Assembly: GCA_028023455.1 (NCBI GenBank)
Contig: JAQFVV010000005.1
Coordinates: forward strand, 19,158,001 to 19,222,000
Direction: 5' to 3'
Origin: Epiperipatus broadwayi
Lineage: Eukaryota; Animalia; Onychophora
DNA: 64,000 nucleotides
Below are positions 34,856 through 46,871 of this stretch, in pieces. Every line of letters begins with the position of its first letter. The first letter of the stretch is position 1. The position numbers and the translations under genes are program-made. Under the pieces are notes generated by a model that was not told where the DNA came from, searched no databases, and saw only the letters and a program-made list of their open reading frames with translations.

Positions 34856-37170
34856 ACTAATAATTCATGACAGATTTACGAGTCATTTTAACAAACTTGC
34901 AAAGAACGCCCTCATTGCTAATTTATTAATCAGACAAAAATGGATTTCTTTTATCTAACTTTCATATTGTTACATGGATAATAAATCAATCATTGTTATA
35001 TGAAATGAAACTATATTAGCAGAATTTTCATATAGACTTAATCAAAACAGTACACAGTTCGAATTAACAAGATGTAAATTCTAGTAATTCTATTAAGCTT
35101 ATAAATAAATAACGTTTTATTGTTATTTGAAACTATGAAATGATATGATTAAAGCATTAGGAAAATTACCGCTATAAACTCATCAACACTCCTTTAACAC
35201 TTTAAGCAAATAATTTTATTTATAACAGTTTCGACTGTACTAGCAGTCTTCGTCAGATCTACAACATAAAAAAATTAGATAAATATTATATCAATACAAC
35301 CAAAATTATTATTCTTCATATTCTCATATAAAATTATAATAAAACAAAATAATATAAAGCAAAAACAACTCAGTCCAAAACCTTTCAACCAAAATTTTCC
35401 CATATCTTTTAAAAAAACCCAAAACATAAAAACTAAACTATAAAAAATAATAATAAAAAATTTTTAATAATAAAAATATAAAAATTTCTTTAAAATCATT
35501 TTTAAATTATTTTTTAAGATTACAAGCAAATAAATGTATTAAAACAATTCAAATTTTATCATCAAACCATTAAAAACAAAACTCTTAAAACCCATTAAAA
35601 CATTAATCTAAAAAATTAATACCAAAAATTATCATTTTTATCATAATTACATATATAAGACCAAAAACCCAAAATCAAAAATTAAAATTAAAAAATAAAC
35701 TTAAAAATAAAAATTAAAAAATCAAAAAAAAAAAACAACAAAATATTAAAAATCAAAAAACAATAAACTAAAATCATTCCCCCCCCCCTTTTTTTTTACA
35801 CTCTCATTTATACCCTACTTACTTCATTTTATACCTTCATACCATCCCCTCAATTCCCTTCCTCATATATACTCTAATACTCCCTACCATCTTTACTTAT
35901 TTAACTACCATCTTATAACATTTAATATCAATACAAACTTAACTATTTTACCTTAACTTTCCTTCTACCTTCACCTTTCCTCCATCTTTTTTTATTATTA
36001 ACCACTTCCCAACTTCCTTTCTTTCCCCATCAACTAGCTCCCCCTATTAACCACTTCTATTACTTAATTACCCTAACTCTTAATTCTTTATTAACCACTT
36101 CCCACCTTCCTTTCTTTCCCCATTACCTAGCTCCCTCTATTAACCACTTCTATTACTTAATTACCCTAAATTTTAATTCTTTACCCTATCAAGCTTTACA
36201 TTTCCCCTCACTTAAATCATTCTAAACTTTTCTACTGTTTAATTTCACACTACCAAAGTCCTAATCCCTTTTTCTCTATTAATACTAGGCCTTATTCTCT
36301 TAATTAACAATGATTCTCTTATCTTCCTGTCCCTTCTACAGTTCGCAAAACTAATCATTTTTATACTTTCTTTCTCCAAATCATGCTCTGTCTCCAACAT
36401 ATGCACAAATACTGGTGAACTTTTTTCATACCTATGTTGCCTCAGCCTTGTATATATAGAGTTCTTTGTCTCACCCACATATTTATTTCTAACCCCCTTA
36501 TCCCTACACTTTTTACACTCTATCATATAAACCCCATTAACATAATTCCTCTCTTTATCTATATATTTATTATCCAAAACCTTCATCAAATTTTTTCTCT
36601 TCTTATTCACTATTCTGTATTTCACATCATTTCTATATTTTACATTAAGCTTTTCAATTATACTATTAATTTTCCTAACTATTCTATAATCATGTACTCT
36701 TATTCCTATATATTTGTTTTTCCTATCCCTTTTAATTACTCTTCTCTCATTCTCTTCTTCCTTTCTACACTCTCAATATTCCTCTTTATTATCTTTTCTG
36801 GATACTCACTATCCCTAAACTCCTTAAATATCATATCTATTTCCTTTTTATAATCTTCTTTATCTCTGCAATAATTATTTGCTCTAAATACTCTTGATGT
36901 TATAGAATTAATTTTAAATTGCTTATCTACATCAGACTCCCAATTCACTATATTACCCTTCTCCTTCTTTCTAAACACCCTGTTCTCACTTTACACTTCC
37001 CTTTACTATACTCTTTTTTCATCATTATATCCAAATACACCAATTCATTATTCTTTTCCCATTCCATTATGAATCTTAACTTCTTATCCAACTTATTAAC
37101 CTTATCATAATACTTTTTACTTGTCTTTCAGTCTTATTAAATATCAATAAGAAATCATCTACACAAACAT

Positions 37171-38350
37171 AGATGTAAAGAAAGCAATAGGGTTGGCAGT
37201 GGACAAGTATAGGAGGGATAGAGAGAAAGAGGCAGAAATGCCAGTAGAAGAGTTGAAAAATTTAATGAGCTTGTGTTGTAGAGATATTACTTTTCAGTTT
37301 AATGGGAGTTATTATAAACAGAAAGAAGGGTTATTGATAGGAGGGGCATTAAGTGGAGTGTTGAGTGATATTTACATGCAAGATATGGAAGAAGCTATGG
37401 TGAAGGAGGAAAATGGACCAATTTTAATTAAGAGATATGTAGATGATTTCTTATTGATATTTAATAAGACTGAAAGACAAGTAAAAAAGTATTATGATAA
37501 GGTTAATAAGTTGGATAAGAAGTTAAGATTCACAATGAAATGAGAAAAGAATAATGAATTGGTGTATTTGGATATAATGATGAAAAAAGAGTATAGTAAA
37601 GGGAAGTGTAAAGTGAGAACAGGGGTGTTTAGAAAGAAGGAGAAGGGTAATATAGTGAATTGGGAGTCTGATGTAGATAAGCAATTTAAAATTAATTCTA
37701 TAACATCAAGAGTATTTAGAGCAAATAATTATTGCAGAGATAAAGAAGATTATAAAAAGGAAATAGATATGATATTTAAGGAGTTTAGGGATAGTGAGTA
37801 TCCAGAAAAGATATTAAAGAGGAATATTGAGAGTGTAGAAAGGAAATGTAGAAAGGAAGAAGAGAATGAAAGAAGAGTAATTAAAAGGGATAGGAAAAAC
37901 AAATATATAGGAATAAGAGTACATGATTATAGAATAGTTACGAAAATTAATAGTATAATTGAAAAGCTTAATGTAAAATATAGAAATGATGTGAAATACA
38001 GAATAGTGAATAAGAAGAGAAAAAATTTGATGAAGATTTTGGATAATAAATATATAGATAAAGAGAGGAATTATGTTAATGGGGTTTATATGATAGAGTG
38101 TAAAAAGTGTAGGGATAAGGGGGTTAGAAATAAATATGTGGGTGAGACAAAGAACTCTATATATACAAGGCTGAGTTCACCAGTATTTGTGCATATGATG
38201 GAGACAGGGCATGATTTGGAGAAGGAAAGTATAAAAATGATTAGTTTTGCAAACAGTAGAAGGGACAGGAAGATAAGAGAATCATTGTTAATTAAGAGAA
38301 TAAGGCCTAGTATTAATAGAGAAAAAGGGATTAGGACTTTGGTAGTGTGA
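37171..38350 (+). pseudogene. PLE RT C-half plus C-terminal GIY-YIG endonuclease, interrupted
   Basis: FQFNGSYYKQKEGLLIGGALSGVLSDIYM...RYVDD and GVYMIECKKC...KYVGET...KIRESLLI. In-frame TGA at 37541-37543 corresponds to TGG in the mirror arm. Confidence 0.92.
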
Positions 38351-39350
38351 AATTAAACAGTAGAAAAGTTTAGAATGATTTAAGTGAGGGGAAATATAAA
38401 GCTTGATAGAGTAAAGAATTAAAATTTAGGGTAATTAAATAATAGAAGTGGTTAATAGAGGGAGCTAAGTGATGGGGAAAGAAAGGAAGTTGGGAAGTGG
38501 TTAATAAAGAATTAAGAGTTAGGGTAATTAAGTAATAGAAGTGGTTAATAGGGGGAGCTAGTTGATAGGGAAAGAAAGGAAGTTGGGAAGTGGTTAATAA
38601 TAAAAAAAGATGGAGGAAAGGTGAAGGTAGAAGGAAAGTTAAGGTAAAATAGTTAAGTTTGTATTGATATTAAATGTTATAAGATGGTAGTTAAATAAGT
38701 AAAGATGGTAGGGAGTATTAGAGTATATATGAGGAAGGGAATTGAGGGGATGGTATGAAGGTATAAAATGAAGTAAGTAGGGTATAAATGAGAGTGTAAA
38801 AAAAAGGGGGAAAGAATGATTTTAGTTTATTGTTTTTTGATTTTTAATATTTTGTTGTTTTTTTTTTGATTTTTTTTTTTTTGATTTTTTAATTTTTATT
38901 TTTAAGTTTATTTTTTAATTTTAATTTTTGATTTTGGGTTTTTGGTCTTATATATGTAATTATGATAAAAATGATAATTTTTGGTATTAATTTTTTGATT
39001 AATGTTTTAATGGGTTTTAAGGGTTTTGTTTTTAATGGTTTGATGATAAAATTTGAATTGTTTTAATACATTTATTTGCTTGTAATCTTAAAAAATAATT
39101 TAAAAATGATTTTAAAGAAATTTTTATATTTTTATTATTAAAAATTTTTTATTATTATTTTTTATAGTTTAGTTTTTATGTTTTGGGTTTTTTTAAAAGA
39201 TATGGGAAAATTTTGGTTGAAAGGTTTTGGACTGAGTTGTTTTTGCTTTATATTATTTTGTTTTATTATAATTTTATATGAGAATATGAAGAATAATAAT
39301 AATTTGGTTGTATTGATATAATATTTGTCTAATTTTTTTATGTTGTAGAT

Positions 39351-39383
39351 CTGACGAAGACTGCTAGTACAGTCGAAACTGTT
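39351..39383 (+). ncRNA. Minimal hammerhead motif at the PLE 3' end
   Basis: CTGACGA-A-GAC tgctagtaca GTC-GAAAC-T-GTT. Mirror copy at 35224-35256 (minus). Stem I is weak. Confidence 0.7.
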
Positions 39384-39789
39384 AAATAAATAAAATTATT
39401 TGCTTAAAGTGTTAAAGGAGTGTTGATGAGTTTATAGTGAAATATAAAAAGAAGCAAAATATAGAGGGAGAAAAAAGAAATGGATAAAAATTACCGCTAT
39501 TATAAACTATGATTTCTTATAATATCAATAACTGATTTATTCTTCATGTAACAATGCTGAAATTAAGATAAAAGTAATCCATTTTCTATTTGACTAATAA
39601 ATTAGCATTAACACAAGAGGTGATTTTTACAAGTTTGTTAAAATGGCACTAGTAAATCTGATTTGTGAATTATTATTATAGTATGCACATTTGAAGTTTA
39701 CTTTTTTATATATATTATTATATATTGTCAGCACTACATATTTTATAGCTAATAATACATCATATGACCAACATTCCATCACCTGATAC

Positions 39790-39945
39790 CAGATTACTTA
39801 TTGATATACATCATCAAACTCTTCAATGATGAAAATCATAAATTAAAACCTAGTCTAGGGATATTTGCACTGGATAAGGATTTATTAAGCACTACCCTCT
39901 GGCATTTATTAATGATTTAAAATTTACACTAGATGGCATAAGATT
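39790..39945 (+). mobile_element. Ancient decayed H1-related copy
   Basis: ATGATGAAAATCATAAATTAAAACCTAGTCTAGGGATATT...GGATAAGGATTT...CTCTGGCATTT...TAGATGGCA aligns by eye with H1 from the hammerhead onwards. Confidence 0.45.
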
Positions 39946-40139
39946 AGGGGAAAATAAAGAGTTTGCTAATATTATTTAGAGTTATTAAACTCTTGTCTTT
40001 TAAATAAATCTTATGTTAAAGATTTGCAGAGGTCCCTACTGTCGTTTGTACAGGCTAAGGTTGTAGCCTTAATATATATTCGGTACTGTTCTATTAGATT
40101 GTGTCATCTGTTTGATGGTATTGTTGCTATGCAAAAACA

Positions 40140-40822
40140 GATAAACAGAGCAAAACTCTCCATACAGTATTGCCACCTGTGCTAAACAGAGTAATCAATG
40201 GATGCCAGAAGGCTTGTGCATAAAATCCCTATCTAATGCCTACTCATCCAATATGCCCAGACTAGTTTCTGGCTTGCGGCCTTCATCAGTGAGGAGCTTT
40301 GGATCTGAGAGCACTGCATCTAGATCTTAGGATCTAATGCAATCATGTGATGCTTAATGGTTTAACACCAATCCTGCCTAATAGGATAGTGGTGGCTATG
40401 GTTGTAAAAGAGCCAAAGACACCAAAATGTATGGGTGCTGAACTGAGTTCAGACCCATATGACTATTTAAGCTATTGAGCTTAGATTGAAAATATTTTTT
40501 GTGTTTTCAAATTTCATTCTCATAGTTTAGTAGTTAAGCTGAGATAAAAGGTGGTTGCTAGAGGGTTGCATTAGATCCTAAGATCTAGATGCAGTGCTAT
40601 CAGATCCAAAGCTCCTCACTGACGAAGGCCGCAAGCCAGAAACTAGTCTGGGGATATTGGATGAGTAGGCATTAGATAGGGATTTTATGCACAAGCCTTC
40701 TGGCATCCATTGATTACTCTGTTTATCACAGGTGGCAATACTGTATGGAGAGTTTTGCTCTGTTTATCAACAATTAATGTGCTAGTATAGGAAATGTGAT
40801 CATGTGATGCTTAATGGTTTAA
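40140..40822 (+). mobile_element. H1 family copy D (contains one complete 457-nt unit)
   Basis: Inverted arm 40140-40342, then TCATGTGATGCTTAATGGTTTAA at 40343 recurring at 40800 (period 457). Hammerhead cores at 40260-40289 (-) and 40619-40648 (+). No TSD seen. Confidence 0.88.
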
Positions 40823-42299
40823 TAATTCCCATACTTAAGAGCATATAGAGGAATTTAAAATAATGTCACAGGTTTGGGATTTAATAATAATCATAGATAT
40901 ATTAATATTTAACTGAATTTAGAATCTATATTTGGATTAATATAATTAATATATAGTTATTAATAATACTGATACATTTATTGAAAAATGGGTGCTACTC
41001 ATTAAATAGGCACTGTACATCGCTTGGTGGCACTGCTTCTGTGCAAAAATAGAAGTTTTCTGGTGTACAAATTCAGGTATGAGTAATAAGTGAGTAATAA
41101 TCTGAAACTAAAATAATTAATTCAGAATAATTGAATTTTCTGAATAGTTGATGGTCAGTCTTACAGGGCAAATTATTCTCTTTCATTAGAAAATTCTGAT
41201 TTTGTGGTGGCTTTGTTTACATATATACCTGCCATGATAAATCGGAAAAATTTTCATTTCTTATGCAGTCTTAGAATTTTTATTGGAGACTGTTAAATCA
41301 TGCCAATTCAGTTAGCCATCTCATCAACATCATTGTTACCAGTACTGGTTGGTAAATAGGAATATAGTTATTAGTTGAAAGATCACAAGTCAATATGAAT
41401 TGGTCATACGATTATTGATGAAATATAAAACCAAAAAGTATGATTGTAATATGATGTGGCTTTAACTATTATTAGTTAAATGTTAAAATCCCGTAAGAAC
41501 TGAATTCATGATTTATCTTTCTCTATAAAAGAATACGCACTGAAAGCATTCAGTCCATGAATATTCTCTTGTGACCTGGGCCCCACAAGCCTCAATTCTT
41601 TAATAACAGTTGATGCTGTTTATAATATTACTTTAAGAGTATGTGTTTACTTGACTGGTCAATCATGACTCTGACATATGTTCACAAGATATTACCAAAC
41701 ATAGATCTCATAATTATTGTAGCATATGAACGCCATATAGACTTGACAGAAAACTGAACCAGAAACATTTTCTCACCAGAGTCATTCTACCTCTTTAGCC
41801 AAATTCTTGTCACCTGAAATAAGATAATTTAACATTAATTAATTATTTACTAACCTATTACTTTGAAAATTAGAAATGTTAATTAGTCCATAAAAAAATA
41901 TATCATCAGAAACTATTGACTTGGCAAACGTGGTTTTATACAATGCTTTCTTCACTATCTTTAAATTTCTCTATTCCTTACAAGAAAGCCGAGAGAATGA
42001 GCTTCACATCATTCGTACATAGTTTACGGATAAATAAAAAATAATCAAATGGTTTATTGCATAGAAGTTAATAAGAAATTTGAACCCCAGATATGGCAGA
42101 GCCTAGATCCATGGACTTTGAGCTCCAGAGTCTATCACTCTATCACTGCACCAAACTATGTAGGACATTCTATGGGTCTAGTCTTTCTATTTGAATCATC
42201 TCATACAATACCAGAAATTAATATTCTTAGTTTCAGATTGTTATTCCTTTTACATGAATGCAAAATGATTATAATTTCCTCTTTAACAAGTACTTTCTC

Positions 42300-43600
42300 A
42301 ATAAAATCTCCCTTTCATTCATTTTTCTGATTTTTTGTCTAATTCTTCAATGGAAACTTTTGCCACCCATTTACATTCTCTAAAATATCAAAATTCTCTT
42401 CACTAAATGTTTTGTCATCATTCATGTTTTCACATCATATAATGGAATAATAACTACGCAAAAGTCTGATATATCCAGTTTGGTTTACAATATAACACCT
42501 TTGCTTTTCCAAATCCTATCCAATTAAAAATATCCAGAGGAAAAACATTTCCTTCTGATAATCAAAATCACTAGTGATATTTCTTTCACAATATACTAAA
42601 CTTTCCACAGCGTCTAGTTTCATCAATTTTTCTTTCTTTTTCTCTTCCCCAAAAACCATGATTTGGTTTTACTCATATTTATGTATAACCTACATCTTTT
42701 TTGTTTCCTCATTTAAATCTCTATTGTGAAATACTATATCGTCTGCATATTTTTAATTAATTATTCATATTCTATCTATTTACTGATATATCTTTGCATT
42801 TTGATTTTATCCATTCCTCTTTCCAAATGTATGATGAACATGCTTGATGAGATTCAATCTCCTTGTCTTGCATCTTTTTCATTCTCAAACTAGTTCCCGA
42901 TTTTTCCAATACATTTTCACAGCTATTTTTGAATTATCATAAATATTCTGTCTAAAATTAATTAGTTTATTAGTACTAATAGCACTTATCTAATTCTGTT
43001 TCATTTGTCCGAGAACTATTTTTTTAAAAATTAACAGATTAGTCAGACATTTGAAATAGTACACTTAAACATAAAATATCTAAGAAAGATCTTAAAATCA
43101 GAGATCAATTCTATGTACTCATCCATTACTTTCTTCCATGCCTCTGAAAATTATTTGTCCCTAGCATAACTTGTTTCTTTACCTTATCTGTAACATCCCT
43201 AATTCTAGCTCCAGGCAAACATATTCTTAAAAAATTGTTTCTATTTTGCCTTGCAATTACATCTCCACATCCTCTAATTAGCAAATCTCCTATTACTACT
43301 GACTCATAATTTACTTTCCCTACTTCATCCCCTAACATTCTCTTCCATCTTCTGAACTTCCTTATTTACTTCTTCCTTATCATTTCTATTCAATAATTCC
43401 TTTATCTGCTCACACTCCATCCCTAACAATTTTAATTTTGCTTATACATCCTTTACCTCTTCCTCTATCTTACTTATTTTTTGGCTAACCATCTCCATTG
43501 CATTACTTATTTTGTCATCCATATTTCTTGTCACTTCACAAAAACCATACTCTATTCTATCTTCTTCAATGAGTACATTTACACGCCATCTATTATTTGA
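42300..43600 (-). mobile_element. CR1/L2-type LINE remnant (SGNH-like ORF1)
   Basis: ORF 43126-43338 VVIGDLLIRG...CLPGARIRDV resembles the esterase/SGNH ORF1 of CR1/L2 elements. Endonuclease-like debris lies downstream. Confidence 0.55.
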
Positions 43601-44575
43601 TTATGAAAGTAAGATATTTTATATAATAGCCAAATTCTAAATTGTGAACAATGGCAATATGTTTATAGGATCAGTACTGACTTCAAGAAATACAATCTTC
43701 CCATTTTATCAGCTGTGCCAACAATTTATTTTCACAATGAGGTAATAAAGGGCACTTATATGCAATCATTCACGATATCATGTAAAGAATATATAAACAA
43801 CCAATTAAATACTTGGGATAACTATAAAACAATTAAATGATTTCATAACCATTTTATACAACCTGTAAATCATATTGTCATGATATCCTTAATGATTTGG
43901 TTTTACCAATGTCACTAAATGAATGTGATAACTATGAATTTGGAATTTAAAGGATTCCAGTAAGAATAAATGCATCATTAAATAAATTTTCTTTTTCATT
44001 GAATTAACTATCAGATATCAAAACTGAATGTATTCATGGGATGATGGCACTACAGCTGTCGGGCAAGACTAACTTCTTTTATGAAAAGAATTATATACAT
44101 TTCTGTCACAAAGTGCTCTTTATTATAATTCTTTTCTTCATTAGCAATATTGACTTTGTGAGAGTGGAAAGAAAAACTTAAATCATATCGTATATGAAAA
44201 ATACATTACTACTGGGACTGTATGAGATTGATCTTTAATCTGTCGTACTGACAAGTACATCGAGTTACTTCCGCCTGTAAATTAGTCCCGTTTTACTCAA
44301 TAATCTGATGGGTAAATGGCATTGCTGTATTCAAGTTATTTATCAGTTTGTTTCGTATATGAAATAACCAGAAATCAATATTAAATTTGTCTGAGGACTG
44401 AGATTATAAGATGGAAAAATTTATGGTTTATCATTATTCTTAATTTCAGAACTTCAACTGATCAAATTTGATCATTTTCAAGATTTCTAATGAAAGATTA
44501 GTCCAAAACTTATAGTGTTAAACACATTAAATGTTATTTTAAGAGATAGTAAAAATAGACAAATCAAACCGACTA

Positions 44576-44737
<162 letters not shown>

Positions 44738-46403
44738 TTAATAAAAATTCAGTCAGCAATTTATAATTAAACAAAACTTAATCATATTAAGATATAATTA
44801 TTTACTTTTACAGATTAACTATATTATATAATTATATTTTTTTCTACACTGTACTATTTTTATTGGTATATTCCTTAACTTGTCTATATATCAACCATAC
44901 AACAGCACACAGTGAGACCACCATCCCTCACTATGCATACATTTTGTGAACCACGAACACTTCTCAGATGAGCTAGAAGTATTAAACAGCTGAATCTCTA
45001 TGTCCATCTTCACAGTTTGATGATTTTCATTACTTCACTCTAACAATTTTTTAAAATTCCTATTGTAAAATTCCTCATAATTTACATTATAAAAACTATT
45101 CTGTTAAGAAGTCTTTCATAATTAATGAATAAAAAATAGTGGAATTTTGCTATTAATAAAAGTAATTCCTATATATATAAAACATTATACTTCTAAACAC
45201 TTTTGAAACTTTCTGAATCACCTTACATTTAAAAAATTAATTTAAACATCATAAAACCTTTTATTTTTATCAATGGCAAAATACGACTTTAAAAAATGAA
45301 AGACAGACCTTAATATTTACTGATGAGAACTTTTAAAAATCTTTTTTTTTTGGTAAGATATTAATCTCAATTTTATCTTTTCTATTCCTCACTTGATAAC
45401 TCTTAATTATTGATTAAGAGATAATTAATAGTACAACTTTTTAAATCTAATTCATTTTACTCTTATTAGGTATATTTCAACTGCAATATAAGATCATTTT
45501 CTATTTAAGTGACAGTTACCATAATGTTACCATGTATAATGACTGCTTTCTTTAGTTTTTGTTAATCATTACAGAAGTATTAACTACTCTATGTGATCTT
45601 ATAGGATATCATATCCCTCCACCAGTAGTTTCCATCTTAACTGTAGCTTTCTTATGTTTCCAACCTCCAAAGAAATTCCAGTTCATAATGTTGTACTGAA
45701 GGTGACAGTTTGAAATAACTAAAACATTTAATTGGATTACGTTTGAAAAATGTTAATAACTATGTACTTCGAATAATAAATGGCAAGCCTGTTAAGTTGT
45801 TCTGTTTCATTATCTCTTTGGCAAAAGGAGGAAGGAGCTGCTGGAGAGACTTTTGCCCTAAAATGGGTTATTTAAGGTTGTTTTATCTTTTACTGAGAAT
45901 CTGTAATCTATTCTATTTACATTCTATTTTAGAGCCAGCTATTTTAAGTTTGATTTATCAATACACTCTAAAGTAATAGACTGAATTATTGCATATTATA
46001 CATAATTGAGAAAGTATTGGAATACTTTGTTTAATATATGTAATAAAATTATGTGAGTGTGCTAGTTTCATGCAGATTAAGATAGTAAAATACAATAATA
46101 ATAGACCTAGAAGAACATTAAATGAAACATATTACCATACTTTTATCAATTGTTTAACATATAAAGAAACAGATTTGCAAAATATTATGACATAATGCCA
46201 TTTTAGTGCAAGAAATCAGTAAAATACAATTAGTTGTTTTGAGTAATATTTACTGGATATTCATTCTCCAATTTGATTAAAAAACTCATCATTAAATTCT
46301 TAAAGATTGCTCCAACATAGTAGATCTATGCTAAATACTTTGCAATTCTTCTAGAATCATTCCAGAAACCTGATCCCACTAATCTACTACGAGTGCTATA
46401 TAA

Positions 46404-46871
46404 CAGGGATGGCCAACTTTTGTGTTCATAAGACCTACTTTTTATTTTTAAAATGTGTCGTGATCGACGTTGTCATAGGCAATCGACTTGTTGTCATAAG
46501 TGTAGTCTAAGTGGAGGGAAGTGTGAAATACATACTATTTTTCTATATCTACCTAATAAAAAAATAACAATTATTTAACGGGCCAAAAAACTCATGTCCG
46601 GGGGGATTAAAACAACATGAGTAATTATTAATAATATTTATTAATTCAAACTAGCTACATTAAATCAAGATTAAAAATATTATTTTCAATAATCAAATGG
46701 CTTAGTGGACTTCACCTATCTAGAATTGAAAAAAAATTTAGAACAAAAACAAAAATAACAAAAAAACTAGACAATCTTCACTTAATTTGTTTCACTCGTT
46801 ACCTGACAGCTCTTGCCAGATTGGCCTCGTGATCGACCAGTGGATCACGATCAACTTGTTGGACACCCCTG
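46404..46871. mobile_element. hAT (Buster/Charlie-like) MITE
   Basis: TIRs CAGGGATGGCCAAC and GTTGGACACCCCTG, subterminal GATCGAC repeats, degenerate 8-bp TSD CTATATAA/CTACATAG. Confidence 0.8.

Larger units (their letters stand above)
35176..39486 (+). mobile_element. 5'-truncated Penelope/Poseidon-type PLE as a roughly 2-kb-arm palindrome
   Basis: TSD AAAATTACCGCTAT at 35162-35175 and 39487-39500. Inverted arm 35176-37163, direct copy 37171-39437, tail 39438-39486. Long 3' UTR with a 93-bp tandem duplication. Confidence 0.93.

Noticed and set aside
36434-37110. Hydrophobic plus-strand ORFs (36434-36853, 36919-37110) and most other short ORFs in the track
   Set aside because: They are antisense shadows of the purine-rich PLE arm or random ORFs in AT-rich DNA.
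37541-37543. In-frame TGA in the PLE RT as possible selenocysteine or readthrough
   Set aside because: The mirror arm has TGG at the same codon, so this is a point mutation. Selenoprotein PLEs are reported in the Naiad clade, which has an N-terminal endonuclease, unlike this element.
38420-38530. TTAGGG hexamers in the PLE 3' UTR
   Set aside because: Only two isolated copies within a 93-bp duplication, not a telomeric array.
40443-40455. CTGAGTTCAGACC identical to a conserved LSU rRNA segment
   Set aside because: Only 13 nt with no flanking rRNA similarity, so most likely chance.
44213-44290. GGGACT...AGTCCC hairpin in an LRRC47 intron as a possible H/ACA snoRNA
   Set aside because: No correctly placed H and ACA boxes and no second hairpin.
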